Positions 37,750-48,091 of a stretch of 64,000 nt of DNA are shown one piece after another. The notes under the pieces were generated by a model. That model saw only the letters and a list, made by a program, of their open reading frames with translations, did not search any database and was not told the DNA's origin. Both the position numbers and the translations under genes were made by a program. The stretch is from a virus, in the IMG/VR virus record IMGVR_UViG_3300009149_000014, positions 32,001-96,000 of that record; one strand, written 5' to 3'. The stretch's first letter is position 1, and the number at the start of each line of letters is the position of its first letter.

Positions 37750-38429
37750 TACTTAGCTTTCCAAGTGGATTTTATCGGACAGTATTACCACCGGCTCCCG
37801 AGAGTCGTGGTAATATTACTTATACTATCAGTAATGAATCTCCACCTCGTGGTGCTTTGTTCTTCTTGAAGATTAATAATGCCCTGGCTGTTAATTCTCC
37901 GCCTTTGGTTGCGACTATTCCGCAGGGCACTCTTAATAGTGGGACTTTACGAGCGTTTCGTAGTAATGGTACAATCGATATTGAGCCTCGTCCCATTGGA
38001 TCAATATTGGAGTTCACTGACCAATATCGTACTCTTGATGTACAGCAAGATTCGCTTGATGAGACTGTTAATTTTCCACGTTTCAACAATGTTTCGACTG
38101 ATCCGGTTAACACCAAGTTGCTTGATGCGTATACTCAATTTCAACGTCAATTGTTGACAGCTTCTCAACAGTCTGCTTCGAAACAGATCGAAATTGAGAA
38201 TATTGAAAGATTGACTAATGCAGCAGTTGCTAGTCTTCAAGCTACTCAGGAAGCTTTGAAAATCTTGATTGGTGATGTGGATTTATTGGCTGCTGAGGCT
38301 GATTTGTTGCAGAAAATCGATGCCAATACTCAACAAATAGCTGTTTTGAGACAAGAAATTGTGTCTTTGGATGCTGAACGATCTAAAGCTGCTGACTCTG
38401 TGAGAAGATTGTCGAAGGTAATTTCATGA
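37746..38429 (+). CDS. hypothetical coiled-coil protein
   Basis: ATGA overlaps on both sides. Confidence 0.7.
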   Translation: MILSFPSGFYRTVLPPAPESRGNITYTISNESPPRGALFFLKINNALAVNSPPLVATIPQGTLNSGTLRAFRSNGTIDIEPRPIGSILEFTDQYRTLDVQQDSLDETVNFPRFNNVSTDPVNTKLLDAYTQFQRQLLTASQQSASKQIEIENIERLTNAAVASLQATQEALKILIGDVDLLAAEADLLQKIDANTQQIAVLRQEIVSLDAERSKAADSVRRLSKVIS

Positions 38430-38815
38430 CAGCACGCTACGTAGGTTATAATCCTCCTTTTGTTGGTGGTCCTCAAAAGATCATGAGTCAACAAAAGGAT
38501 GACCGACTGATTGCTAATGATGTGTTGCAGAATCTTTTGATTTTGCCCGGAGAATTACCATTTAGGCCGAATTTCGGTGTCAATTTGCGTAACTTCACAT
38601 TCGAGAAGATGGCCTTACGCGATCTTGGTAGACTTGAACAAGAAATTCGAAATCAACTCATTCAAAATGATCCACGTCTCATTATCAAAAAACTCGATTT
38701 GATTCCAGATTCTGATAAGGCGACTTTAAGTATAAATCTTATTGTCAGCCTCAAAGAAGATCCTGATCGTAATATCGAGATTAAAAGACTAATTCAAATT
38801 CTGACGAGAAACTAA
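38426..38815 (+). CDS. gp25: baseplate wedge / sheath initiator
   Basis: NLLILPGELPFRPNFGVNL..FE..NDPRL (GPW_gp25). Confidence 0.9.
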   Translation: MTARYVGYNPPFVGGPQKIMSQQKDDRLIANDVLQNLLILPGELPFRPNFGVNLRNFTFEKMALRDLGRLEQEIRNQLIQNDPRLIIKKLDLIPDSDKATLSINLIVSLKEDPDRNIEIKRLIQILTRN

Positions 38816-38816
38816 A

Positions 38817-40418
38817 ATGACAACAGAAATCAAGTTGCCAACTGAGCCTAGAAGTTTTGCGATCGATCTTCCACCAGCTAATCTTCGGGCTCTCGATTTC
38901 TCAGCTCTTGATTATAACAATGCTCGCCAATCGATCATTGAATATCTTCGCACTTATTATCCACAAGATTTCAACGATTTTGTGGCTAGTAATGGTCTTA
39001 TTATTTTGATCGATATTATTTCTGCAATGACTGATAAGTTATCGTTACGAAATGATCTTTTGGCTAATGAAGCTTTTCTTTCGACTGCTGTTACTGAAGA
39101 GGCGGTTGAGAATCACTTACAATTGATTGGAGAACGAATCCGCCGTCAAACAGCATCAACTGTTGAAGTCGAAGTCACTGTTGATCAGCCAGCCTTTACA
39201 GATGTCCGAATTCCATCAGGGGCTCAAGTTTCAACTATTGGCCCTGATGGAAATGAAGTCTATTATGAAATTTACAAAGGTCCTGGTGACTGGACTAATG
39301 AAATTATCATTCCGGCTGGTAAACGTGGTGTAGTAGCGTGGGGTATTCAGGGTCGATTTGCTGCTGCTTATACTGATATTGCTCTTGGCGGGCCGAATCA
39401 ATCGTATGATCTTCCTGATGATGATATTTTGCCTGATCCAATATTTGTTGATATTACTTATGGTGGTGTGGTTCGTCGATGGAAGACTGTGCTTGAACCG
39501 ATTCAGAAATTTGGTGCTCAAGATGAGGTAGTGGAAGTTCAGTTTTTTACTACTATTGAGGGTCAACCTATAGCTCGGTTCATTTTTGGTGATGATTTGA
39601 ACGGTAAAGCTCCGATTGCTGGCTCTCAAATTTCGATTTTATATCGAACTGGTGGTGGTACAGCTGGACGAATTGCAGCTGGTGCTATTGATCAATCACG
39701 TTCTGTACGTTTTGATAATCGTTCTGTTACAGTCAATTATCGTAACATCGCCCCTAGTGTAGGTGGTGCTAATCATGAATCAATTGCAGAAGCCAAACGC
39801 CGGGCTCCAAAGATTTATTCTTTGCACACTGTCGTTGTGACAGCTAATGATTATGTCACGTTTGCTAATAATTTCCAACATCCTTACTATGGCACAATTG
39901 GTAAATCAGCTGTCATTTTGGAGACTTCTCCTAATCAAAATATTGTCGATCTATACGTTTTGGCTGTTGGTAATGATGGGTTGCCAGTTGCTGCCTCGGT
40001 TCAATTGAAAGAAGCTTTACAAAGTGCTCTTTCGTCGGTTAATGTTGTGACAGATGAAGTTCGAATAAAGGATGGATTGATTAAGGCGATCGATCTTAAT
40101 GCCATTATTGTTTTGGATCGAAACTCTGATGCTCGGGTGGTGCGGAACAAGGTCAATCAAGCGTTCACCGAATTCTTTAGTTTAGAGAATTTCGACCTTG
40201 GTGAACCATTGTATATTTCGAATTTGATTGAGGTAATTGAAAGTATTGATGGCGTGCGGTACATAGATTTACAGTCTCCGAATAAGAATATTTTGGCTTC
40301 GAGTCAGCTGGCGACTGGTGATCCGAATTACGTTGGCGTGAATGAAATCATCACTTTGGGTAGTAGTAAGATAGACTTCTACTACGACAACATCGCACCT
40401 GGCAATGCCACATTATGA
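38817..40418 (+). CDS. gp6: baseplate wedge subunit (T4 gp6 / baseplate J-like)
   Basis: DFSALDY, NDFVAS, NEAFLSTA, FGDDLNGKAP, YRTGGG..G, GGANHES, VVTANDY. Confidence 0.9.
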   Translation: MTTEIKLPTEPRSFAIDLPPANLRALDFSALDYNNARQSIIEYLRTYYPQDFNDFVASNGLIILIDIISAMTDKLSLRNDLLANEAFLSTAVTEEAVENHLQLIGERIRRQTASTVEVEVTVDQPAFTDVRIPSGAQVSTIGPDGNEVYYEIYKGPGDWTNEIIIPAGKRGVVAWGIQGRFAAAYTDIALGGPNQSYDLPDDDILPDPIFVDITYGGVVRRWKTVLEPIQKFGAQDEVVEVQFFTTIEGQPIARFIFGDDLNGKAPIAGSQISILYRTGGGTAGRIAAGAIDQSRSVRFDNRSVTVNYRNIAPSVGGANHESIAEAKRRAPKIYSLHTVVVTANDYVTFANNFQHPYYGTIGKSAVILETSPNQNIVDLYVLAVGNDGLPVAASVQLKEALQSALSSVNVVTDEVRIKDGLIKAIDLNAIIVLDRNSDARVVRNKVNQAFTEFFSLENFDLGEPLYISNLIEVIESIDGVRYIDLQSPNKNILASSQLATGDPNYVGVNEIITLGSSKIDFYYDNIAPGNATL

Positions 40419-40765
40419 TCAATTCATTAGAATACCAAACTAAAAATTGGGGTAAAACTGCTTGTCTGGGTGTCTACAATGATGTTATGGTCTGGCAAGC
40501 ATTTGTCGAGAAAGGGCACAAGTGCAGTGTCCATCATCACGAGCAAGATTACAATGAAATTATCGTAGTGAATGGTATGCTTCGAATTCACTTTTATGAG
40601 AATCCACCGAAAACTGAAGCTGAGTCTTTTATCGATTTGACCCCTGGAAGCCGTGTTACTATTCCACCGATGAAGGTTCATCAATTTGAAGTTTTAGAAG
40701 ATGGCGTGATAATGGAGCTTTACTGGCGTGACCACAACTTCGACATCGTGCGGCATAATGATTGA
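40415..40765 (+). CDS. cupin domain protein
   Basis: CSVHHH...NE...VNG and IPPMKVHQF cupin motifs. Confidence 0.8.
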   Translation: MINSLEYQTKNWGKTACLGVYNDVMVWQAFVEKGHKCSVHHHEQDYNEIIVVNGMLRIHFYENPPKTEAESFIDLTPGSRVTIPPMKVHQFEVLEDGVIMELYWRDHNFDIVRHND

Positions 40766-41132
40766 TAATGACACGAATATTGAATTATGGAATGTTCATT
40801 TCGACAATGATCAATTCAGTTATACATATATCAGTCAAGACAAAGCGATTCAATCGATTCAGACTTTTGCTGATTTGCAAATAAATGATCAAATCGGCAA
40901 TAAAAATGATATAATCGCTAAGATAGTTCAGAGCGTGAAGGATCAGCTCACTCGCAATTCTAGTGATGCTGTTCTTATGATTATGATTGGGGATGCCAGA
41001 GTTTATATTAAAAGAATTACTCTGGATAGCCAAAACCCCGTGATTAAGGCATTGGTTTCTGTGTTTCCTCAAGTTAATGCTGAAACACAGAAATTAATCA
41101 ATGGATTATTCACTTCTCCATTATGTCTCTAA
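40758..41132 (+). CDS. hypothetical protein
   Basis: Start moved to ATG 40758, overlapping the cupin stop. Confidence 0.65.
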   Translation: MIDNDTNIELWNVHFDNDQFSYTYISQDKAIQSIQTFADLQINDQIGNKNDIIAKIVQSVKDQLTRNSSDAVLMIMIGDARVYIKRITLDSQNPVIKALVSVFPQVNAETQKLINGLFTSPLCL

Positions 41133-41411
41133 ATTCGGCAATAATTGATTCTTCATTTGCCGAGTAAACTGAGCCCCTAGTGCGGTAGTATCGTAAGGAT
41201 GCCCCTGTGTGAACACAATTGGGGCATCCGAGTCGTGGGGTTTGAGTATGATAACAGCATCACATTCAGCTGGGACTTTCTCTTTGATGAGCTTCATTAG
41301 TTCCATCGTTGCTTCATCAAAGGTGTTTTCTGGTTGATTTTCTGCGTGTTGTTGAATAGCGGATTCAAGACTGCCATCTGCTAACCCATCGATCGGATTT
41401 CTATCAGACAT
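41121..41411 (-). CDS. hypothetical protein (96 aa)
   Basis: Only ORF filling the gap; protein-like composition. Confidence 0.7.
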   Translation of the reverse strand: MSDRNPIDGLADGSLESAIQQHAENQPENTFDEATMELMKLIKEKVPAECDAVIILKPHDSDAPIVFTQGHPYDTTALGAQFTRQMKNQLLPNLET

Positions 41412-42045
41412 GATTGATACTCTCTCTGTGACTTGTGAAGACGTTTACAAAATCTGCCAAAATCATTTTGCAATAGCTGGTATACCGTTAAAACTGGCCA
41501 AGGGAACACCCCTAGAACTTAGTTACATCTGGAAACACATTCAAAGGCTTACCAACAAGTTCGTCGAATGGAACTTCACGATTGATGAAATCGACGCTTA
41601 TATAAAAATCGTCGCCCATAAACTAAGCATGATGCCACCTAAGCAACGCAGCATCCAAAATGCCATCAAAAACGATATGCTCGAATACTGTTATTCTGAG
41701 CTGAAACGACAAAAGGATGATATTGGTAATTTGGTCGAGCAAATCGAACGCACACATAATTGGCTCATTTCAATCGCTGGAGCCGATACACATTTGCAAG
41801 TATCGCATTTGACTAAGAGACATAAGCCAGGTTCATTGCCCAATATCGTCTTGTATTTTCAACAAGGGCGATTGAGCAAACAGTACATTGCGTTCTCAGG
41901 ACCATGCCGCGAAGCTCTTAATGTCATTGGTCGTCAAAACACCGTTGAAAGAAATTTCTGCCCAACTGACACCGCGTTGCATTTCATTACGCAATACAAA
42001 TTCAAAAACCTCACCCCTGCTATTAGAAAAGTTATTGGAGATTAA
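41410..42045 (+). CDS. hypothetical protein (211 aa)
   Basis: Long ORF ending at the GGAG SD of nrdJ. Confidence 0.7.
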   Translation: MIDTLSVTCEDVYKICQNHFAIAGIPLKLAKGTPLELSYIWKHIQRLTNKFVEWNFTIDEIDAYIKIVAHKLSMMPPKQRSIQNAIKNDMLEYCYSELKRQKDDIGNLVEQIERTHNWLISIAGADTHLQVSHLTKRHKPGSLPNIVLYFQQGRLSKQYIAFSGPCREALNVIGRQNTVERNFCPTDTALHFITQYKFKNLTPAIRKVIGD

Positions 42046-42048
42046 TTA

Positions 42049-45000
42049 ATGTCCGTTCTTGCCTGTGATGTTACTGCTGACACGATACACAACTCGACGC
42101 GAATCATTCGAAATGTTCTAGCAAATTACGAATTCGACGGGGGAACGGCACAGCAATTCGAATTAAGCAACGAATTCACCCAAGATTACGCTAATCGAGA
42201 TCCTGATTTTGGATACAACGGTTTAGGTGCAGTCACTTATTATCGGACTTACTCGCGAATCAAAGAAAACGGTAAGAAAGAACGCTTCTGGGAGATGGCC
42301 AAACGAGTCGTCAACGGAACATTCGAAATCCAACGCCGTCATTGCCACAGATTCCATTTGCCATGGGATCGGATGCGAGCCCAAGACAGTGCCCAAGAAA
42401 TGTTCGAACGCATGTGGGCCTTCAAATTTCTTCCGCCCGGACGTGGATTATGGGTCATGGGCACCCCATTCATGTGGCGAGCCGGTGGTGCTGGTCTGAA
42501 CAATTGTTTCGCACACGAGACGGAATTTATCACCAGGGAAGGCATCAAAAGACTTGGTGATTGTGTTAACACAACCCAGAAGATTCTGACTTCTGGTGGT
42601 AAATGGGTTGACGCTAAGATTAAAAGTTTTGGCGAACAACCTCTCACTAAAGTGGTTTTGCGTCGTGGTCGTTGGCGTAAGACCATTTATGCTACTCCAG
42701 ATCACCGTTGGTTCGTGCATTCAAAATCTCGAAAATTTGCAACAGTCGGTGCTGCAGACGATTCAAAAAATGCTTGCACTCGTGAATGTACCACAGATGA
42801 GCTAAAAGACGGGCTTCGTTTATCGATGAATTTTGGGCAAGGAATTAATAATACCAATCTTCGCCCTAGTGCTTTTGGTGTTGCTCACGGCATTTGTTTT
42901 GGAGACGGCACTACTGGATCTGATAATGAAAGCCATGGAACTTACCTGTACCTGTGTAAGCCAAAAGATGAGCAACTAGAACGCTTTTTCTTGGCTTCTC
43001 ATCGCACCGAGGCTCCCGAGAGGGGCGAACATGGTGCGATACGTGTCGCTGATCTTCCAAGGGCTTTCCGGAGGTCTCCAGACTTAAATGAGTCTATGAC
43101 TTATTTGTATGGATTTTTGTGTGGTTACTTTGCTGCTGACGGAGACGTCACAGATAAAGGAACCGTGAGAATCTCGTCTTCCGAACGTGAGAACTTGGAA
43201 CTTGTGCGATCGATTTGTGCTATCCTTGGGATTGGTGTATTTGAAATCTCGCAAGGTCTTCAAACCATCAAAAAAGATGGTCAAGTCAAGAAATTCGTTG
43301 GATATCGATTGACTTTAATGGCCGAGCATCTTAATTCGGAATTCTTTTTAATCGATGAACATCGTGTGAGATTCGAAAATCGGATTCAGTCTAGCCGCAA
43401 GAAAGTTCCAACCCATCAATCATGGTATGTCGACTCCGTTGAATCGACCTGTCGGACAGAAGAAGTCTTTTGTCCACAAGTGCCAGAAACTTACTGTTTC
43501 ACACTTGCTGGGAACATTCTCACTGGTAATTGCGGATTTGTCTCCACTAATGACAACTTCCATGAAGACCCCGCTCAACCATTTGCTTTTGCTATGGACA
43601 TGCTCATGCTCGGTGTTGGTATTGGCTTCGATACCAAAGGAGCGGATTACGTGATGATTCGCAAGCCAGTGAATCGCACCACTCGTTACATTGTCGATGA
43701 TAGCCGTGAAGGCTGGGTTTTGGCTCTTACTGATTTGATTCACTCTTATACTATCAATCCAGAACTCGGTAGATTCGAATTCGATTTCAGTGAGATCCGA
43801 CCAGCTGGAACTCCAATCAAGGGATTCGGTGGTGAAGCATCTGGACCGGCTGAACTTGAAAAACTGTTAAATCGAGCCTCAGATTTCTTTGGCAATCTTG
43901 TCGGTCGACGCATGAACAGTGTCGATATTACTGACATGATGAATATGGTCGGTAAATGTGTTGTGGCTGGAAATGTTCGTCGAAGTGCAGAAATTGCGTT
44001 TGGCTTCCCAGACGATATTGAATATCGCTCGATGAAGAATCCAACTCGTGATCTTACACCAGAAGAAATCGGCCAATTTTACGAAGTCACCGGCAAACTG
44101 TATGCTGAAAATCGTTACGTTGCCACTTTCGACGACTTCGCTAATACCACCATCGCACTCGAAAAACGTCAACGGTGTATCGACGTCTGGAACGCCTGTA
44201 ATGATCGACGTTGGGCTTCTAACAATTCAGTCTTTGCTGATGTTGGCATGGATTACACCGATGTTGGTCAGCAGACTGCTGCCAATGGTGAACCCGGTTA
44301 TATCTGGTTGAACAACATGCGAGATTATGGTCGTATGATTGATGGTCGTCAACCGGGGATTGATGGTCGTGTGATGGGTGCCAATCCTTGCGTTGAGCAA
44401 AATCTCGAATCATATGAGTTATGCTGCTTAGCTGAATCTTTCCCGTCGAAGCATGATGATGAAGACGACTACATGCGTACTATCAAATACGCCTACATGT
44501 ACGCTAAGACTGTGACACTACTCCCAACTCACAACGATCGTACTAATCGTGTAATGTTGCGAAATCGTCGAATTGGCTTGAGCCAAAGCGGTATTGTTCA
44601 AGGCTTCGAAAAATTCGGACGTCGCAGATACTTGCAGAATTTCTGTGATGCGGCGTACAGTGAGATCCGACGTTGGGATAACATCTACAGCGAGTGGCTT
44701 GCTTGTCGAGAAAGTATAAAGGTGACGAGTGTCAAACCGAGCGGCACAGTTAGTTTATTGGCTGGCGTGGCTCCTGGTATTCACTTTCCAGAGGCACGAT
44801 CCTATTGGCGTCGAATGCGGCTTAATAAGAGCCATTCGTTGGTGCGAATCCTTGCCGAGGCAGGTTATCATATTGAGCCTTCTTTTACTGATCCAGACAA
44901 TACAGTTGTCGTCAAATTCGGCGTCGAAGACGAAGGGGTACGTCCTGTAGAAGATGTGTCCGTCTGGGAACAAATGGACAATGTTGTTGCTCTACAACAC

Positions 45001-45276
45001 TACTGGGCCGATAATGCGGTGAGCGTTACTATCAAGTTCGCTCCTCATGAAGCCAAAGACATTCCAAAGATTCTTGAACATTATGAAGATCGAATTAAAG
45101 CAGTGAGTTTCCTTCCAAAGACCAATCATGGTTACGTGCAGGCTCCTTATGAGGCTGCAGATCGCCAAGAGGTCCGTGATTACAACGCTGGTTTGCGACC
45201 AATCGACATGTCTCAATTGCTTGAAGAAGGGGTCGGTGAGAAGTATTGTGATTCTGATAAGTGCGTTCTGAATTAA
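42049..45276 (+). CDS. nrdJ: class II (adenosylcobalamin-dependent, monomeric type) ribonucleotide reductase containing an intein
   Basis: YYRTYSR, FLPPGRGLW, LNN/C, VVAGNVRRSAEI, ANGEPG, ANPCVEQ, TSVKPSGTVS, QAPYE, C-terminal CDSDKC. Confidence 0.95.
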   Translation: MSVLACDVTADTIHNSTRIIRNVLANYEFDGGTAQQFELSNEFTQDYANRDPDFGYNGLGAVTYYRTYSRIKENGKKERFWEMAKRVVNGTFEIQRRHCHRFHLPWDRMRAQDSAQEMFERMWAFKFLPPGRGLWVMGTPFMWRAGGAGLNNCFAHETEFITREGIKRLGDCVNTTQKILTSGGKWVDAKIKSFGEQPLTKVVLRRGRWRKTIYATPDHRWFVHSKSRKFATVGAADDSKNACTRECTTDELKDGLRLSMNFGQGINNTNLRPSAFGVAHGICFGDGTTGSDNESHGTYLYLCKPKDEQLERFFLASHRTEAPERGEHGAIRVADLPRAFRRSPDLNESMTYLYGFLCGYFAADGDVTDKGTVRISSSERENLELVRSICAILGIGVFEISQGLQTIKKDGQVKKFVGYRLTLMAEHLNSEFFLIDEHRVRFENRIQSSRKKVPTHQSWYVDSVESTCRTEEVFCPQVPETYCFTLAGNILTGNCGFVSTNDNFHEDPAQPFAFAMDMLMLGVGIGFDTKGADYVMIRKPVNRTTRYIVDDSREGWVLALTDLIHSYTINPELGRFEFDFSEIRPAGTPIKGFGGEASGPAELEKLLNRASDFFGNLVGRRMNSVDITDMMNMVGKCVVAGNVRRSAEIAFGFPDDIEYRSMKNPTRDLTPEEIGQFYEVTGKLYAENRYVATFDDFANTTIALEKRQRCIDVWNACNDRRWASNNSVFADVGMDYTDVGQQTAANGEPGYIWLNNMRDYGRMIDGRQPGIDGRVMGANPCVEQNLESYELCCLAESFPSKHDDEDDYMRTIKYAYMYAKTVTLLPTHNDRTNRVMLRNRRIGLSQSGIVQGFEKFGRRRYLQNFCDAAYSEIRRWDNIYSEWLACRESIKVTSVKPSGTVSLLAGVAPGIHFPEARSYWRRMRLNKSHSLVRILAEAGYHIEPSFTDPDNTVVVKFGVEDEGVRPVEDVSVWEQMDNVVALQHYWADNAVSVTIKFAPHEAKDIPKILEHYEDRIKAVSFLPKTNHGYVQAPYEAADRQEVRDYNAGLRPIDMSQLLEEGVGEKYCDSDKCVLN
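42505..43530 (+). mobile_element. intein with LAGLIDADG endonuclease in NrdJ (342 aa)
   Basis: GLNN|CFAHETEF ... GNILTGN|CGFV; ATPDHRW block B; AHGICFGDG and FLCGYFAADG. Confidence 0.92.
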
Positions 45277-45303
45277 CTTGAATTGATTAGCTTGTGATAT
45301 AAT

Positions 45304-45350
45304 AGACCCTAGGTAATTTCCTCCAAAATTATCTAGGGTCTTTCTGTTTT
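45304..45350 (+). terminator. intrinsic terminator after nrdJ
   Basis: AGACCCTAGGTAATTT / AAATTATCTAGGGTCT stem then TTCTGTTTT. Confidence 0.75.
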
Positions 45351-45400
45351 AGAATTACCAGACGTGTTATTACCTCAGTGATTAACCTTGAGGACTGAGT

Positions 45401-48091
45401 ATGAGAGCTGTATTGGCCGATAATCGGCATATTACGATTGATAGTATTTCGGATTACGAAATGAACATCCTGTGGGATGAATTCACTTTTGAAGATCCGA
45501 ACGTGTATGCTTCGAACAGTGCTGCTCGAAGTTGGCAGGGCAAGTATCGCAAATTCGATAGAATTAATCGAAGAGTGATGCGAACATTTCTAGGTCGTCT
45601 TGCCTACGTCGCCCGGAAAAACGAACTTCCATTTGAAGTCGTGGATCTTCGTCCAAAATGGAAATATACTTACATCGACGAAAAACTCGTCGACAAAGAT
45701 TTTCTGCCTGGGATTACCTTAGAAGATTATCAAATCGATGGTATCAAAAAAGGTATCAAATGTGAATGTGGCATCTTTAAACTGACCACAGGAGCCGGTA
45801 AATGCCTTGGTAAAGACACTCCGGTCATGATGTTCGACGGATCTATCAAAAAGGTCCAAGACATTAGGGCCGGAGAATTACTAATGGGTGATGATTCTAC
45901 TCCACGTCGAGTGCTTAGCACTTGTAGTGGCCGAGAGAATCTTTATCAAGTTGATCAGATCTATGGTGATTCATATGTTGTGAATGAATCGCACATTCTT
46001 TCTCTGATGAAATCGCCCGCTAGAAAAGGTCAAGTGTCTGAGAAAATTGATATCGGAGTTGCTGATTATCTTAATTCTACCAACTATGATAAGCATCGAT
46101 TGAAAGGATATAAAGCTCCGGTGGAATATCCCATCAGAGATGTTCAATTAGATCCTTATTTCTTGGGATTGTGGCTTGGAGATGGTATTTCGGCTGACGC
46201 ATCCTTTTGTTTGCACGAAGAAGATTCGAAAGAAGCTATCAATGCTTTGTATGAATACGCCACTTCGCTCGGTTGTGTGATTCACACTTACGACGAACCA
46301 TCAAAAGCGAACAATTATGCTATTCGTTTATACGAAGGTATTCATGCCCCTGAAGATTATGTTGCTCATACTCCTAATCCATTTCGACAAGCGTTAAAAT
46401 CGTACTGCCTTATTAAGAATAAGCACGTTCCGGATGATTATGTTTATAATTCCAGAGAAATTCGTCTTCAGCTGCTTGCTGGTTTAATCGATGCTGATGG
46501 TGAATTAAACAATAATGGATATACAATCAATTTAAAGAATCGTTTGATCGTTGATTCTTGTTGTGTGATCGCTCGGTCTTTAGGATTTCGAGCCAATGTG
46601 GTACCAAATAAAAAGAAATCACAAACAGGTTATGAAGGACAATATTGGAAATTATCTATTTGGGGTCACACTGACCAAATTCCAGTGAAAATCGATTATA
46701 AAAAGGCAGCTCCAAGGAAGATTAAAAAAGATCCTCTTGTGTATGGTATAGAATTAACTGAATTGGGTGAAGGTGATTATTACGGTTTTGAGATTGATGG
46801 TAATAAGAGATTCTTACTCGGCGATTTTACCGTTACACATAACACCGAGATAATTGCTGGTCTTTGTAAAGCGATTAATTGTCCTACTCTCATTCTTGCA
46901 GATATGACCGTGGTGGTTGCTCAACTGCGAGATCGCTTAAAACTTCGGGAAGTAGCCTCAGAAATAGGTATGTTTTTCGCTGGCGAAAAGCCTAATGGAG
47001 AACAGATCGTCATTGGATCTATTCAGAGTCTCAATACACCCAAACCACCCAAGGACGAGCCTCAGGAACATCAATATAAGAATGAAAAGACATTCAAGCA
47101 GGCTCATAAGAGCTGGCAGTCGTCTCTTTTGGCTTATGAGACTCGTAAACGCAATTATAAAATGTTGATGGAGTATGTTAAGAATGCTGAAATGCTTATC
47201 GTGGATGAATGTGATCGGAGTAATTCTACCACATACAAGCAAGTAATTCGCAAGTTATTCAAGGGCCGTCGTCGTTACGGATTCAGTGCTACTCCTTTTG
47301 ATGATGCGAAACCGATTGCTAATCTCAACGTGGAAGAGAATTTTGGATATATCATTTACGAAATGAATCGTAAGGATGTTGAGGCTAGAGGTCGGATCAT
47401 TCCTCTTAAGTATCGTATGTTGGTTTATGAAGACCCAACATATGAACTTCACAATAAGATTGCTCTTGATGAGGCGACCAATATGTTTTTGGTCGACAAT
47501 GAGCGGTTGCATGATATGGTGTTTGGGATTGTTAAACACCATGCTGGCGAGAAAAATATGATTCTTGTTGACAGAATTCCGCTTGGTGAGAATTTGCTTG
47601 CTCGTGCCCAATCTATTGGTCTCAAAGCAGCCTTTATTTACGGTAAGACTGCCAAGCAAGAAAGAAACGATATTATTGACTCTTTTGCTGCTGGTGAATT
47701 AGATGTTCTAATTGGAGGGAAAATAGTTAATAGAGGGCTTGACGTCAAAGGTGGGGTTGATAATCTCATCATGGCGGCTGGCGGTAAGCTACGTTCGGAC
47801 TTCTTGCAGAAGATTGGACGTGCTTTAAGGGTAAATAATAGAGGTTACAGTTACGTCTATGATGTGCTGTTCCGTTGCAATCATTACCTTTATGAACACG
47901 CCAAGGCTCGTCTGCAGACAATTGTTGATGCAGAATACGATTCAGCAGTGAATTTTGGATATACAACAATAGATGGCCCGTCACTCATTTCCCGAAACTT
48001 CCGTCCTCCGGCCAGACCTAAGACCGGACGCGGAGGAACTCAAAAAGAAACACTATTTCATCAACGAGATAGTGGAATGGAAGCTGACTAG
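45401..48091 (+). CDS. uvsW: superfamily 2 DNA helicase (UvsW-like) containing an intein
   Basis: LEDYQ, TTGAGK/T Walker A, VDECD, FSATP, RGLDV, QKIGRALR. Confidence 0.88.
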   Translation: MRAVLADNRHITIDSISDYEMNILWDEFTFEDPNVYASNSAARSWQGKYRKFDRINRRVMRTFLGRLAYVARKNELPFEVVDLRPKWKYTYIDEKLVDKDFLPGITLEDYQIDGIKKGIKCECGIFKLTTGAGKCLGKDTPVMMFDGSIKKVQDIRAGELLMGDDSTPRRVLSTCSGRENLYQVDQIYGDSYVVNESHILSLMKSPARKGQVSEKIDIGVADYLNSTNYDKHRLKGYKAPVEYPIRDVQLDPYFLGLWLGDGISADASFCLHEEDSKEAINALYEYATSLGCVIHTYDEPSKANNYAIRLYEGIHAPEDYVAHTPNPFRQALKSYCLIKNKHVPDDYVYNSREIRLQLLAGLIDADGELNNNGYTINLKNRLIVDSCCVIARSLGFRANVVPNKKKSQTGYEGQYWKLSIWGHTDQIPVKIDYKKAAPRKIKKDPLVYGIELTELGEGDYYGFEIDGNKRFLLGDFTVTHNTEIIAGLCKAINCPTLILADMTVVVAQLRDRLKLREVASEIGMFFAGEKPNGEQIVIGSIQSLNTPKPPKDEPQEHQYKNEKTFKQAHKSWQSSLLAYETRKRNYKMLMEYVKNAEMLIVDECDRSNSTTYKQVIRKLFKGRRRYGFSATPFDDAKPIANLNVEENFGYIIYEMNRKDVEARGRIIPLKYRMLVYEDPTYELHNKIALDEATNMFLVDNERLHDMVFGIVKHHAGEKNMILVDRIPLGENLLARAQSIGLKAAFIYGKTAKQERNDIIDSFAAGELDVLIGGKIVNRGLDVKGGVDNLIMAAGGKLRSDFLQKIGRALRVNNRGYSYVYDVLFRCNHYLYEHAKARLQTIVDAEYDSAVNFGYTTIDGPSLISRNFRPPARPKTGRGGTQKETLFHQRDSGMEAD
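45803..46843 (+). mobile_element. intein with LAGLIDADG endonuclease in helicase Walker A (347 aa)
   Basis: GAGK|CLGKDTPV ... DFTVTHN|TEII; VNESHIL; FLGLWLGDG and LLAGLIDADG. Confidence 0.95.
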
